Shown: piece by piece, positions 21,273-31,238 of the stretch
How the letters are laid out: every line of letters begins with the position of its first letter
Position numbering within the stretch: the first letter of the stretch is position 1
Source of the DNA: Spirochaetia bacterium
Lineage (GTDB): Bacteria; Spirochaetota; Spirochaetia; SP-2023
NCBI GenBank assembly: GCA_965263295.1
Contig: OZ253665.1
Coordinates: 1,728,001-1,792,000 of the forward strand
Direction of reading: 5' to 3'
Length of the DNA: 64,000 nucleotides
Notes under the pieces: model-generated
The model's database searches: none
What the model was told of the DNA's origin: nothing
What the model saw: the letters and a program-made list of their open reading frames with translations, nothing else
Position numbers and translations under genes: made by a program

Positions 21273-22424
21273 ATGAGTCAGGAAATAATGGAGATCATGC
21301 AAGCGGATATTGATATAACGTCAGCTTACGAACAGGACTTTGCAGCCAGGGCAGAGCAATTTGAAGAGAAATTCCGTGCGTATTTGCCGCGAGCTCCACA
21401 GCGCTTTCCGTCGCCGGCGCGGCACTACCGTGCGCGCATTGAATTTGCGCTCCACCGTGTGGAAGACGCACGCTTGTGCTATGTGATGTTTGACAAGCAG
21501 GCGGATGGTGGCAAACGGGTGCGCCGTCTTGAAACTTCTGAGTTACCGCTGCGCTGTATCAGCGAGCGCATGCACCCATTATTACGTTTTTTGGAACGGA
21601 GAGATGTCCTGTCCCGGCGCCTGTTCCAAGTGAACTGGCGCGCTGATCTGGACGGTCAAGTTATGCTCAGCCTACTCTACCGCCGGCAGCTGGAAGGCGA
21701 AAGCGCGGCCTGGCTTGCCGCTGCCGCGCAGCTAGCGGCTCAGCTAGGTTTCTATAGCATCCTGGGGCGGAGCAAATCACAACGGCTACACGTCGGCCCC
21801 GCCCACCTCGACAGCCGGCTGGACTTGCCGGATGGCTTGAGATTGCACATGCGGCAAAGTGATACCTGTTTTTCGCAGCCCAATACTTATGTGAACCAGC
21901 ATATGTTATCTTGGGCGCGCTCCCAGTTCCGCGATCCCAGCTCCGATTTGCTTGAGCTATATTGCGGCATTGGCAATTTCACATGTGCCTTGGGCGGAAA
22001 TTTTCGGCGCGTTCTGGCTACCGAAGTAGTGCGGCAGTCCATTCAGCTTTGCCGCCATAACCTGGCTCAAAACGGCTTGCAAAATGTCGAAATGGCGCGC
22101 CTGTCGGCGGCTGAAACAGCCCAGGCTTTGGCCGGAGAGCGCAAGTTTACACGGCTGCAAGGTCTGGACCTTTCGGGCTATCGCTTGCAATATTTACTCT
22201 TAGACCCGCCGCGTAGTGGCCTCGATGAACCGTGCCGCCGCCTGGCCATGAACTTTGCTAATATTCTGTATATTTCTTGTAATCCCAATGAATTACTTCG
22301 TGATTTAAACTACTGGCGACAGCGGGGCACTCCCTACCGGGTTAGCGCTACAGCCCTTTTTGATCAGTTCCCCTACACAAAGCACCTGGAAGCGGGGCTC
22401 TTGCTGCGACGTGAAACTCGTTGA
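21273..22424 (+). CDS. trmA: tRNA (uracil-54-C5)-methyltransferase, TrmA type
   Basis: YRARIEF, FSQPN, DLLELYCGIGNFT, LDPPRSGLD, YISCNP, FDQFPYTKHLEAG. Confidence 0.88.
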   Translation: MSQEIMEIMQADIDITSAYEQDFAARAEQFEEKFRAYLPRAPQRFPSPARHYRARIEFALHRVEDARLCYVMFDKQADGGKRVRRLETSELPLRCISERMHPLLRFLERRDVLSRRLFQVNWRADLDGQVMLSLLYRRQLEGESAAWLAAAAQLAAQLGFYSILGRSKSQRLHVGPAHLDSRLDLPDGLRLHMRQSDTCFSQPNTYVNQHMLSWARSQFRDPSSDLLELYCGIGNFTCALGGNFRRVLATEVVRQSIQLCRHNLAQNGLQNVEMARLSAAETAQALAGERKFTRLQGLDLSGYRLQYLLLDPPRSGLDEPCRRLAMNFANILYISCNPNELLRDLNYWRQRGTPYRVSATALFDQFPYTKHLEAGLLLRRETR

Positions 22425-22435
22425 CAGTTTCTTCA

Positions 22436-22464
22436 TTGACACACTTGTCACGTTCCAGTATGTT
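22436..22464 (+). promoter_or_regulatory. Putative sigma70 promoter of the tRNA operon
   Basis: TTGACA-17 bp-TATGTT upstream of tRNA-His. Confidence 0.6.
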
Positions 22465-22540
22465 TAATTTAGCATTGCTCTGGGGGCCGGTATCGTTGGC
22501 TTCATCAACAGTAAAATCTCAAAGCCCTCAAAGCAAAGAT

Positions 22541-22614
22541 GGTGGATGTAGTTCAGTTGGTAGAACCCCAGATTGTGGTTCTGGTTGTCGCGGGTTCAAG
22601 TCCCGTCATTCACC
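22541..22614 (+). tRNA. tRNA-His(GUG), with G-1, no encoded CCA
   Basis: Cloverleaf; anticodon arm CCAGA-TTGTGGT-TCTGG; GGTTCAAGTCC T-arm. Confidence 0.95.
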
Positions 22615-22633
22615 TGCTTTTTAGCGTTTAAGT

Positions 22634-22707
<74 letters not shown>

Positions 22708-22738
22708 TTTTTAAAATAAAACGCTTAAATTAAGTAAA

Positions 22739-22811
22739 GGGCCGTTAGCTCAGCTGGTAGAGCAGCAGACTCTTAATCTGCGGGTCCTAGGTTCGAACCC
22801 TAGACGGCTCA
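22739..22811 (+). tRNA. tRNA-Lys(CUU)
   Basis: GGGCCGT/ACGGCTC acceptor stem, GCAGA-CTCTTAA-TCTGC anticodon arm. Confidence 0.95.
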
Positions 22812-22821
22812 TAACAAGTGC

Positions 22822-22902
22822 GCGAGAGTGGTGGAATTGGTAGACACGCTAGATTTAGGATCTAGTGCCTATGGTGTAAGGGTTCGAGTCCCTTCTCTCG
22901 CA
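22822..22902 (+). tRNA. tRNA-Leu(UAG)
   Basis: GCGAGAG/CTCTCGC acceptor stem, CTAGA-TTTAGGA-TCTAG anticodon arm, long variable arm. Confidence 0.95.
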
Positions 22903-22936
22903 TTCTGGGAAAAGGGCTTTTCTCTCAGAATGCTTT
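22900..22936 (+). terminator. Probable terminator hairpin after tRNA-Leu
   Basis: GCATTCTG...CAGAATGC stem followed by TTT. Confidence 0.5.
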
Positions 22937-22954
22937 AATCTTCAGAATTATACG

Positions 22955-23254
22955 GAAATAAAATCTGCCCTTATTACGGATGAATACAAGGGATATATAC
23001 TTATGACTGGAAATGGTGTTACTCATGTTGTTATTAACCATCAGGTTTCTTATACAAACGGCAATATACATACAAACACAATAGAGGGGTTCTGGGCATT
23101 AATTAAACGTGCATGGTACGGTTCCCATCATCACTACAATAGGGAGAATACACACTTATATATAGCTGAAACGAGTTATGTATATAATAATAGGAAGAAT
23201 GATAATCTGTTTATGAATACGATTAAGAGAATGATAGGGGGATATTATGTTTAA
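22955..23254 (+). pseudogene. IS1595-family (ISXO2-like) DDE transposase, C-terminal fragment only
   Basis: ITDEYKGY...VINHQVSY..GNIHTNTIEGFWALIKRAWYGSHH...LYIAETSYVYNNR; the N-terminal zinc-ribbon/HTH and first catalytic Asp are absent. Confidence 0.88.
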
Positions 23255-24194
23255 TGAGCTATTTCCTGAAACATATATACAGATAAGAAATGAAAAATGG
23301 AAAGATAATCCTTATATCCCGACATGGGTCAATATTGATAATGTCAAATTAGACCAATTTTACACGAATCCCGATATAGCAACTTACCTATATTCATCTT
23401 TGATGGATATAGTAGAAAAGGACGTAAGAATCAATGTAAATGATTTCCATATTGTAGAGCCCTCTGCTGGAATGTGTGCTTTTTATGATAGGTTTCCTAA
23501 AGATAGAAGGATAGGTATTGATATAGTTCCACATAAGATGGGTATTATTCAGGATGATTTTTTATCATGGAATCCGGGTAAAAAGAAAAAGTATATTACT
23601 GTTGGAAACCCTCCATTTGGTTATAGGGGATGGCTTGCACTCTCATTTCTGAACAAAGCTGCACAATTTTCAGAATATGTAGGATTTATATTGCCTATGT
23701 CTTTTCAGAGTGACGGAAAAGGAAGTCCAAAACATCGAGTAAAAGGAATGAGATTGCTGTACTCCGAGTATTTACCAGATAATACATTCTTATCCGCTAA
23801 TGGAGAGAGCGTCAAAGTAAATGCTCTATGGCAAGTATGGAAGAAGGGCAAAAATGAAAAGCAGGAAAGTAAAACATGTAAAGAATGGATAGACTTATTT
23901 ACTGTAGACATGAGAAAAGAAAGATTATGTGGTCAACGCAGATTAAATGAAGCGGATTGTTTTTTACAAAGGACATTTTATACTGATCCCCCATTACCTG
24001 TTAAAACATTTGATGAAGTGAAATACGTATGTGGATATGGGATAGTCATAAAAAAACAAAAGAGAGAGGTTAAAAGAGCCTTGTACAATATTGATTGGCG
24101 AGATTATAGCAATTTGGCTACACATAATTGTAGACATATTAGTATGTACCATATAGAAAAAGCTATGACGGATATGGGTTATGCAGATGTCTGA
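23247..24194 (+). CDS. Amino (probably N6-adenine) DNA methyltransferase, gamma-type motif order
   Basis: DQFYT (motif X), EPSAG (I), GIDI, DFL, GNPPFG (IV), GFILP. Confidence 0.88.
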   Translation: MFNELFPETYIQIRNEKWKDNPYIPTWVNIDNVKLDQFYTNPDIATYLYSSLMDIVEKDVRINVNDFHIVEPSAGMCAFYDRFPKDRRIGIDIVPHKMGIIQDDFLSWNPGKKKKYITVGNPPFGYRGWLALSFLNKAAQFSEYVGFILPMSFQSDGKGSPKHRVKGMRLLYSEYLPDNTFLSANGESVKVNALWQVWKKGKNEKQESKTCKEWIDLFTVDMRKERLCGQRRLNEADCFLQRTFYTDPPLPVKTFDEVKYVCGYGIVIKKQKREVKRALYNIDWRDYSNLATHNCRHISMYHIEKAMTDMGYADV

Positions 24195-24734
24195 GCAATA
24201 CAGAGATTTATTTATTGAGGCTCTTTCTAAACATAACAATCATTCAAAATGGGATAATGCTTTATTCGGCCAAATAAAGATAATATCAAATACAAAAGTC
24301 GGTTCTGTTGGGCAGGATTTCATTATATTACTTTGTGATAAATTAAGAATTCCATATGAATTGCCAAAAACAAAAACTGGTCAAAATGCAACGCAAAGTC
24401 CCTGGGACATAAAAATAATGGATATTACTTTTGAACTAAAACAGCAACGGAAGATACTAACAACCATTTCCAATTTAACCATATTAGGTATCATAGAAAA
24501 TATCAAGCATTATTGTGTCTTGGGGTTTCCCCTGATTCTTTATGTTTTGGAGCATGGTCAAAAGCAGATGTTACAACAGGCAAAGCAGGAAACATGGTTA
24601 GCATGGAAAAGAACGCAAATGCGTCCTATAAGCTGACAAAAGATAGGGCAGGGTTGTTTCCTATAGAATCATTTAATGATAGAATTAGGGACTTAATAGA
24701 GGAGGTCTTAAACAATAAGCCCTATTCCGTATAA
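24187..24734 (+). pseudogene. PD-(D/E)xK nuclease, putative type II restriction endonuclease, split by a 1-nt frameshift at 24438-24441
   Basis: PWDIKIMDITFELK joins TATEDTNNHFQFNHIRYHRKYQALLCLGVSPD if A4 is read as A5; overlaps the MTase stop; its own stop lies inside IRR. Confidence 0.7.
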
Positions 24735-24807
24735 TTCCGTTAATCTTTATGCCCTCCCCACTCAAAAAAAGGTGACAAAACCCCAATAGTAAAGGATAAT
24801 ATGTTTC

Positions 24808-26286
24808 GTGGTAGAGCAACATACACTGGAAACTCTGGAAGGAGCCAAGGCGCGCATCACCTTTCAGGTGTCTGGCGAAAACACGGCAGGCGAGTATCAA
24901 AAGATTGTCAAAAAGTATGCAAAGAGCATTGATCTGAAGGGTTTTCGCAAGGGAAAGGTACCCGTAGACTTATTGGAACGCAAGTTTGGCAAGGAATTTC
25001 GCGCGGAGGCCTTCCAGCAAGTGCTGGAGCAATGTACCAAAGAAACACTGCCCAATGTAGAACCCAAGGCTCTCGGTTACAGCCAACCTTTTTTATGTGA
25101 TGCAGAGGGCAATGAATTGCCAAGCTCTGAGGCGGCGGTTCTGATTCAGGGCTTCCAACCCGGCCAGGGTTTGGAATTTGCCCTCGCCTATGAAACGAGC
25201 CCGGAAGTACCTTTAGCCACTCTCGATGGTTTGGATTTTGAGGCGCTGACAGTCGCAATCAGCGATGCCGATGTCGACACTGAGTTGCGGCAATTGCGCG
25301 AGCAAAACGCTGTTATGATTGAGCGCAACAGTGGAGTCGGCAGCGATGGCGATCTACTCTCTATGCAGTTTGCCCTTCTAGGAGAGGGTCAGACTGAAGT
25401 TGCCGAAATTGCCGAAGATGCCAAGTTGCGTACCATAGTCCGCTTGGGAGAAGAAGATGCCCACGGCTTTCAAGACAAAGTCAAGGACATGCAGAAAGGT
25501 GAGACCAAAGTACTGAAGGGACACAGTTTCCCCGACGAGACTCGCGTGGAAGGAGAGCTGCGCGGTAAGAGTGGCGATGTATGGCTTGAAGTCAGCCACA
25601 TCCGCACTCGGGAACTGCCTGAACTAGATGACGATTTTGCCCAGGATATCGACGAAAAATACGAGACCGTTGCCGATTTGCAGGCGGCCACGCGTGAAAA
25701 ACTGCAACATGACGCTGAGCACGTGGCAGAAAGTTACGCTTTGTTGCAGATATACCGACATTGGGCATCTAGCCTGAATTTTGCTATCCCTAGTTCAATG
25801 GTAGCTTATCAGACACAGAGCGTCATGGACAAAATTAAACAGCGCATGGGAGGCAAGGAGCAGGATTTGATGATGTACCTGGCCATGCAGCACGGCGGGG
25901 ATGCGCAAAAGGGCCTTCAAGCTCTGGAGAAAGAGACACTGTTGAGTTTGTTTATTGATCTGGTACGCGATAATTTGCTGGAAAGTAAGAATTGGCAGGC
26001 CAGCGACGAAGAAATAGAAAAGGAACTTGAACAAATGGCTCGCCAGCGCGGAGGCACGGTCAGCGAATTAAAAGAACGTTATAAAGATCAATGGGAGCAG
26101 GTGGAGGAATATTTGGGCCAGCAGGCTCTCTTCGCCAGACTGAACAAACAGATGATTGCTGAAGCTTCAGCGGGAACGACAGCTGTTGAAATGACAGTCA
26201 GCGAGCTAAAGAAAAAACTGAGCGAGCTGGAATCAGTTTGTCAGGACTTAGTTTACCAGAAATTTTCGCCCTTTGCCAAGGTGTGA
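24808..26286 (+). CDS. tig: Trigger factor
   Basis: GFRKGKVP ribosome-binding motif, LPELDDDFAQDI. Confidence 0.93.
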   Translation: MVEQHTLETLEGAKARITFQVSGENTAGEYQKIVKKYAKSIDLKGFRKGKVPVDLLERKFGKEFRAEAFQQVLEQCTKETLPNVEPKALGYSQPFLCDAEGNELPSSEAAVLIQGFQPGQGLEFALAYETSPEVPLATLDGLDFEALTVAISDADVDTELRQLREQNAVMIERNSGVGSDGDLLSMQFALLGEGQTEVAEIAEDAKLRTIVRLGEEDAHGFQDKVKDMQKGETKVLKGHSFPDETRVEGELRGKSGDVWLEVSHIRTRELPELDDDFAQDIDEKYETVADLQAATREKLQHDAEHVAESYALLQIYRHWASSLNFAIPSSMVAYQTQSVMDKIKQRMGGKEQDLMMYLAMQHGGDAQKGLQALEKETLLSLFIDLVRDNLLESKNWQASDEEIEKELEQMARQRGGTVSELKERYKDQWEQVEEYLGQQALFARLNKQMIAEASAGTTAVEMTVSELKKKLSELESVCQDLVYQKFSPFAKV

Positions 26287-26464
26287 CAGAAAGCGGGAGG
26301 CCTGGTTAATATAACGGCGGAGCATGGAAGCACATAGTGTTTACAAAAAGAGCCATTCAAAAGAGGGCTCGTTTTGCCCCTTGTTTCAACCGCCATTCAA
26401 TTGGGCAAAAGCCATAGAATTTTAGAGCTTCGCAACTTCCCCTGCTCTCGTAGACGGCCATTCC

Positions 26465-27565
26465 ATGAGACAATTAGTCGAAACTTACCAATTTGACAAT
26501 TTCACCAGCGCTCTAGTTCTGAGCAGCTTGGACGAAGCCGTCAGTGGCTGCGATTTCATCGTCGCCGACCCGGATGTGGCTGACTTGCTGCCCGCCCCCG
26601 CCAATATGCTTCTCGCCGGGGGCGAAAGACATAAGACACTGGGCGAGCTCGAACAGTTGATCGGGGCCTTTGTTCGCCAGCGCTTGTCGCGCAACAGCAC
26701 CGTTTTAGCTTTTGGCGGCGGTTTACTTTGCGATTTGGCCGGCTTCGCCGCTGCGGTCTACATGCGTGGCTGTGGCTTAATCCTGGTACCAACGACATTA
26801 CTGGCGATGGTCGATGCCGGGCTCGGCGGCAAAACCGCCTGTAACTACCAGAATTATAAAAATATGGTGGGGACATTCTACCCTGCCGGCGAAGTGCGAA
26901 TTGTGCCTGAGGTCCTGGCCAGCCTGCCCCCGCGTCAATTTCAGAGCGGTTTGGCTGAATTATGCAAGCATGCTCTACTCAGTGAATCGCCCCAATTGTG
27001 GCATAAGCTGCAAAAGGCGGGAGGCCAATTGCGAGCACCGATTCTAGAAGCTTCTCCAAGTGAAAGTGCCTTGCGGCTGAGCGAATTGCTAATTGAAGCT
27101 GTGCGGGTCAAAGGCCAAATTGTCCAACGGGATCTTTACGAACGTGGGGAGCGGGCTTTTTTAAATTTAGGGCATACCTACGCCCACGCGTTGGAAACAG
27201 TTACGACTTTTGCCTGTACCCACGGCGAGGCTGTGGCCTGGGGCATAAATCAGGCACTGCAGCTGAGTGCTCACCTTGGTTATTGTCAAGATGACTATGC
27301 CCAAGAGGTACGAAAGTTATTATTGAAACTTGGCTTTCAATTGAATTTGGCCCGCTTGTGCCCGGACTTTTTCTCGGTGCACGCGGGTTGTGACGAAGCA
27401 TCTGCGAGGCAGAAGTTGACCTCTGATTTACTCGCAGCCATGCATTTTGACAAGAAGCGCAGTCGGGACGGCATTCGCCTGGTCTTACAGCGCGGACGAG
27501 GCCAGACCTTAATTGAGGCACTGAGCGCCGAGCAAATTCAGCCTTGCCTGGTCCAGAATCTCTAG
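26465..27565 (+). CDS. aroB: 3-dehydroquinate synthase
   Basis: GGGLLCDLAGF, PTTLLAMVDAGLGGKT, KNMVGTFY, LNLGHT, HGEAV. Confidence 0.94.
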   Translation: MRQLVETYQFDNFTSALVLSSLDEAVSGCDFIVADPDVADLLPAPANMLLAGGERHKTLGELEQLIGAFVRQRLSRNSTVLAFGGGLLCDLAGFAAAVYMRGCGLILVPTTLLAMVDAGLGGKTACNYQNYKNMVGTFYPAGEVRIVPEVLASLPPRQFQSGLAELCKHALLSESPQLWHKLQKAGGQLRAPILEASPSESALRLSELLIEAVRVKGQIVQRDLYERGERAFLNLGHTYAHALETVTTFACTHGEAVAWGINQALQLSAHLGYCQDDYAQEVRKLLLKLGFQLNLARLCPDFFSVHAGCDEASARQKLTSDLLAAMHFDKKRSRDGIRLVLQRGRGQTLIEALSAEQIQPCLVQNL

Positions 27566-27603
27566 ACAAAGTTCACTCGCTGGGCACTAAAAGGAAAAAC
27601 AGC

Positions 27604-28725
27604 ATGAGTCTCGCGCCTAATGTTTTTAGTACTTGGCCCAAGCGCAGGTCGCACAGCCTGTGGCAACCGTTGCCGCAGTATATTCGTTCTTGTCCGGCGG
27701 CAAATGAATGTGGCCGTCTGATTCCTGCGGCTTCCGAATTACACCGTTTTCTGCGCGAGAACGAATGGCGGCATTTGTACTTAAGTTCAATGTTTGTGCC
27801 CCAGCAACACGCCGCGGCCAAGCGGCAAGAGTTGTTCTGCGCAAAACCGCAAGGAGCCAAGGCCTATGTCTATAGCTCAGGAGCCGGGGGAAGTTCTAGA
27901 GTTGCGGCAATGCTTTTGTGGGCCGAGTACGACCGTCTGTTATTTGACTGTCGCAACTTGTTCCTGGGTCTAAATTCTGACCGCGACAGCTCCCAATGTG
28001 CAGGCGCACTGGAAGAAATATTGCCCGATCAATGCACCAAAGAACTAAAGCGTTTGCTCCAACGCCACCTGACGAGACAATTTATCGGGACTAGCAGCCA
28101 TTATGAGTTTCTACTGCAATACCATGATTTTCAGTTTGAACGGCGTGAATACTGGATGATGGTACGCAAACCGGACGGCCCCAATATGGCCTTGACTGCA
28201 ATTCCAGATCGTCGCACTGCTTCTGCACAACAAAGGTTGCATCGCCGCGCGAGTGCGGCACACAGCGACCTCTGCCTGCCGACAGGTTTGCGCCTGGAGC
28301 GCTTGGGCCCCGACCACTTTGGCCAGCTGTTGCCACTAGAGCAAGCCTACTATGTGGAAGAAAGGCTGCAGGGCGACAATGTTACGCCTGCGATCAAGAA
28401 AGCGCTGGAAAAGTATTGTGCGAGGCGACTGGAAAAGTTCCTGCAGTACGGTATCTTCGCCAGGGATCAACTAGTTGCGCGCGCCATGATTAATGCCTAC
28501 GGCCTTTATTATTGGCAAATCGGAGGCATTTACACCGTGCCGGACTGGCGCAGACAGGGCTTGGCCCACTACCTTTTGCAAAAAATTTGCAGCGCCATAG
28601 AACAGGCAGGGCGCTCGGCTACGCTATTTGTCCGCTTAGAGAACGAGAATGCCTTGGGCCTATACTACAAAAACTCATTTGAGTGCCTAGACATGATGGT
28701 CATTGCTCAGGAATCCATTTATTGA
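27604..28725 (+). CDS. GNAT-family N-acetyltransferase (C-terminal GNAT domain)
   Basis: QIGGIYTVPDWRRQGLA, LFV...NENALGLY. Confidence 0.85.
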   Translation: MSLAPNVFSTWPKRRSHSLWQPLPQYIRSCPAANECGRLIPAASELHRFLRENEWRHLYLSSMFVPQQHAAAKRQELFCAKPQGAKAYVYSSGAGGSSRVAAMLLWAEYDRLLFDCRNLFLGLNSDRDSSQCAGALEEILPDQCTKELKRLLQRHLTRQFIGTSSHYEFLLQYHDFQFERREYWMMVRKPDGPNMALTAIPDRRTASAQQRLHRRASAAHSDLCLPTGLRLERLGPDHFGQLLPLEQAYYVEERLQGDNVTPAIKKALEKYCARRLEKFLQYGIFARDQLVARAMINAYGLYYWQIGGIYTVPDWRRQGLAHYLLQKICSAIEQAGRSATLFVRLENENALGLYYKNSFECLDMMVIAQESIY

Positions 28726-28949
28726 ACCATTTAGAATGCAGCAGCGGCAACTCTTTGCTTGATTTTATTTGCCTGCCTTGTATCTTTGTGATATCCTCTT
28801 GATATTCTTGGTAGCCTGGCGGGGAATTTACCAGTGACCAAGTTTCCAGTTGCCTAGCGTAACAATTCGCAATAAAAATCTATATTCTTAATTAGATTTT
28901 AGCAGGGAATCATTATTTTACTATCAGCTTCTAGCTGAGGCAGGGCAAT

Positions 28950-30581
28950 ATGGCGGAAAAATTTATCTTTGTAACGGGCGGCGTGTGTTCCAGTCTAGGT
29001 AAGGGTATTGCCGCCGCATCTCTGGGGACCTTGCTTGAGGCCCACGGCTACAAAGTTTCAATGATTAAAATTGACCCATATATTAATGTCGATGCAGGTA
29101 CTATGAGTCCATTTCAACATGGTGAAGTTTTTGTAACGGATGACGGTGCCGAAACGGATTTAGACCTGGGGAATTACTCGCGCTTTACCAATACTAAACT
29201 GAGTGGCCACAACTCCATCACGACAGGGCAGATTTATCAGGCCGTGATTCAAAAAGAGCGCAAGGGTGAATATCTGGGAAAATGTGTGCAGGTCATCCCT
29301 CATATTACGGACGAAATTCGCCAGCGCATCTACTTGGCCAGCGCCGAGGCGACCATTGCGATTGTCGAGGTGGGAGGCACGGTCGGCGATATTGAGTCCA
29401 TACCATTTTTGGAAGGTTGCCGTCAGATCATCTTGCAGAAGGGGCATGCCAACGCCATGACAATTCACTTAACCTTAGTGCCCGAAGTTGGTGGAGAGTT
29501 GAAGACCAAACTTACCCAACATGCCGTCAAGGAAAGCCTGGCTATCGGTTTGCAGCCAGACATCTTGCTTTGCCGTTGTCCAGAGCCTCTGAACACTAGT
29601 ACAAAACGCAAAATTGCCCATTTCACGAACATCCATGAGAGTGCCGTAATCTCGGCACACAATGAACCGAGCCATATCTATCGTATTCCTCTAAATTATC
29701 GCGCAGAAAAGCTGGATCAGTTGGTTATTCGGCACCTGGAGCTGGAAGCTACGCCGTTGGACCTGAGTGCTTGGGAGCAATTGGATCGCAATTATCAGGA
29801 GGCGACTCAGACCTTGGATATTGCCGTAGTGGGCAAGTATATCAATCTTCCCGACACTTACAAGTCGATAGATGAAGCTTTGGTTCACGCCGGTCTGAGC
29901 GAAAAGCTGCGCGTTAATATATGCAAAATTGATGCCGAACAGCTGGAAAGAGGCGACATCAATTTAAGCCAGACTTTTTCTTGCGTTGCGGGTATTTTAG
30001 TGCCCGGCGGTTTTGGCAACCGCGGGATTGAGGGAATGATCCAGGCGGTTCAATATGCCCGCGAGAATTTAGTGCCGTTTTTGGGTATCTGTCTTGGAAT
30101 GCAAGTTATGGTCATCGAATTTGCCCGCCATGTGCTGGGTTTGAGTGGCGCCAATAGTACCGAGTTTGTCGAAAATTGCGCGGACCCGGTTGTCAGCTTG
30201 CTTGAAGAGCAGGGACGTGTCGATATTATGGGAGGGTCAATGCGCTTGGGGCTTTCGGCTATGGAACTAAAGCCGGGAGGCAAGTTGGCCCAAGCTTATG
30301 CCGCCTATGGTTTGTCGGAGGTGCAAGAAGTTCATCGCCACCGCTACGAGGTCAATAATAATTACCTGGAACAGTTAGAAGCGGCAGGATTGATGATCAG
30401 CGCAAGCTATTCATCCCAGAACCTGGTTGAAGGCTGTGAGTGGCAGGAACATCCCTTTGGTCTGGGCACCCAGGCCCATCCCGAATTCCATTCCCAGCCG
30501 GTGGGAGCTCACCCGCTGTTTCATGCTTTTATTAAGGCCTGTTACCAAAACGCAGACAAAATTAGGCTCAAGATCCATTGA
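28950..30581 (+). CDS. pyrG: CTP synthase
   Basis: FVTGGVCSSLGKG, DPYINVDAGTMSP, PGGFG, GICLGMQ, HRHRYE, QAHPEF. Confidence 0.99.
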   Translation: MAEKFIFVTGGVCSSLGKGIAAASLGTLLEAHGYKVSMIKIDPYINVDAGTMSPFQHGEVFVTDDGAETDLDLGNYSRFTNTKLSGHNSITTGQIYQAVIQKERKGEYLGKCVQVIPHITDEIRQRIYLASAEATIAIVEVGGTVGDIESIPFLEGCRQIILQKGHANAMTIHLTLVPEVGGELKTKLTQHAVKESLAIGLQPDILLCRCPEPLNTSTKRKIAHFTNIHESAVISAHNEPSHIYRIPLNYRAEKLDQLVIRHLELEATPLDLSAWEQLDRNYQEATQTLDIAVVGKYINLPDTYKSIDEALVHAGLSEKLRVNICKIDAEQLERGDINLSQTFSCVAGILVPGGFGNRGIEGMIQAVQYARENLVPFLGICLGMQVMVIEFARHVLGLSGANSTEFVENCADPVVSLLEEQGRVDIMGGSMRLGLSAMELKPGGKLAQAYAAYGLSEVQEVHRHRYEVNNNYLEQLEAAGLMISASYSSQNLVEGCEWQEHPFGLGTQAHPEFHSQPVGAHPLFHAFIKACYQNADKIRLKIH

Positions 30582-31238
30582 CTTCAGGAGAGCAAAATGA
30601 AATACCTCTAGAGGTGTCGCGTCTTAAACCCCATTTCCCAAAGTCCAAACGGGGGCGTCTCATGGTCGATGACAAAAGTATCCTGAGCGCGGTATTATCT
30701 TCATTATTCCCAATGGTTTCGCACTGCTGCGGTGCACCTGCCTTAATACGGCCTCGATCAAACACTTTACAACCGTTTTGTGCCCGTTTTGTGCCCTGGT
30801 CAAAAAACGGTGTTTTCAAGTAGATATTTAAGAACTGGTCAAGCCAAGCGCTGCACAGACGACATGCTGATGATTGATGCCTCTCGTCTCAAGGCACTCC
30901 GCACGGCATCTAGCCTTAAAAAAGGGGGGCGAGCCAGACTTTGATTGGGCGTACCATTCAACCAATATCTCTAAAGGGAGGTATGAATAGCAAATTGCAT
31001 GTTCTGAGCGATGGTGCAGGGCGCCCGCTCTGGCTGCATCTAACAGAAAGGCAGAGAAGTGATTTCCAAGGTGCGGATGTTTTGCTTTCTGAATTGTAAA
31101 ACGAGTTATAAAGTCGAAAATATTTTTGCTAAACTGGACATGGCGCATTGCGATACGATATGAACGTTGCGCGTACACTTTTGAATCAGCTAATTTACAT
31201 TGCGATAATCGTCTTGTTCTGGATATGAGTCCTGAGCC
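30565..31238 (+). mobile_element. Degenerate IS5-family (IS427-like) insertion sequence remnant
   Basis: IRL GGCTCAAGATCCAT and IRR ATGAGTCCTGAGCC, each flanked by TA; broken transposase motifs GRxxVDD, RWSKNGVF-like, MLMIDAS, A-rich/G-rich frameshift run (LKKGG), VENIFAKL, IAIRYERCA. Confidence 0.82.

Larger units (their letters stand above)
22943..24739 (+). mobile_element. Non-autonomous IS1595-family element (1,797 bp) carrying a methyltransferase and a nuclease gene
   Basis: IRL CAGAATTATACGGAA (22943-22957); IRR TTCCGTATAATTCCG (24725-24739, 14/15 match); flanked by direct repeat TTAATCTT (22935-22942 and 24740-24747); AT-rich relative to flanks. Confidence 0.9.

Noticed and set aside
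22421..22624. 67-aa ORF in the supplied track
   Set aside because: It overlaps the tRNA promoter and tRNA-His; spurious.
24801..24810. Out-of-frame ATG with RBS just before the tig GTG start, suggesting a frameshift
   Set aside because: The GTG start already gives a full-length trigger factor, so no frameshift is needed.
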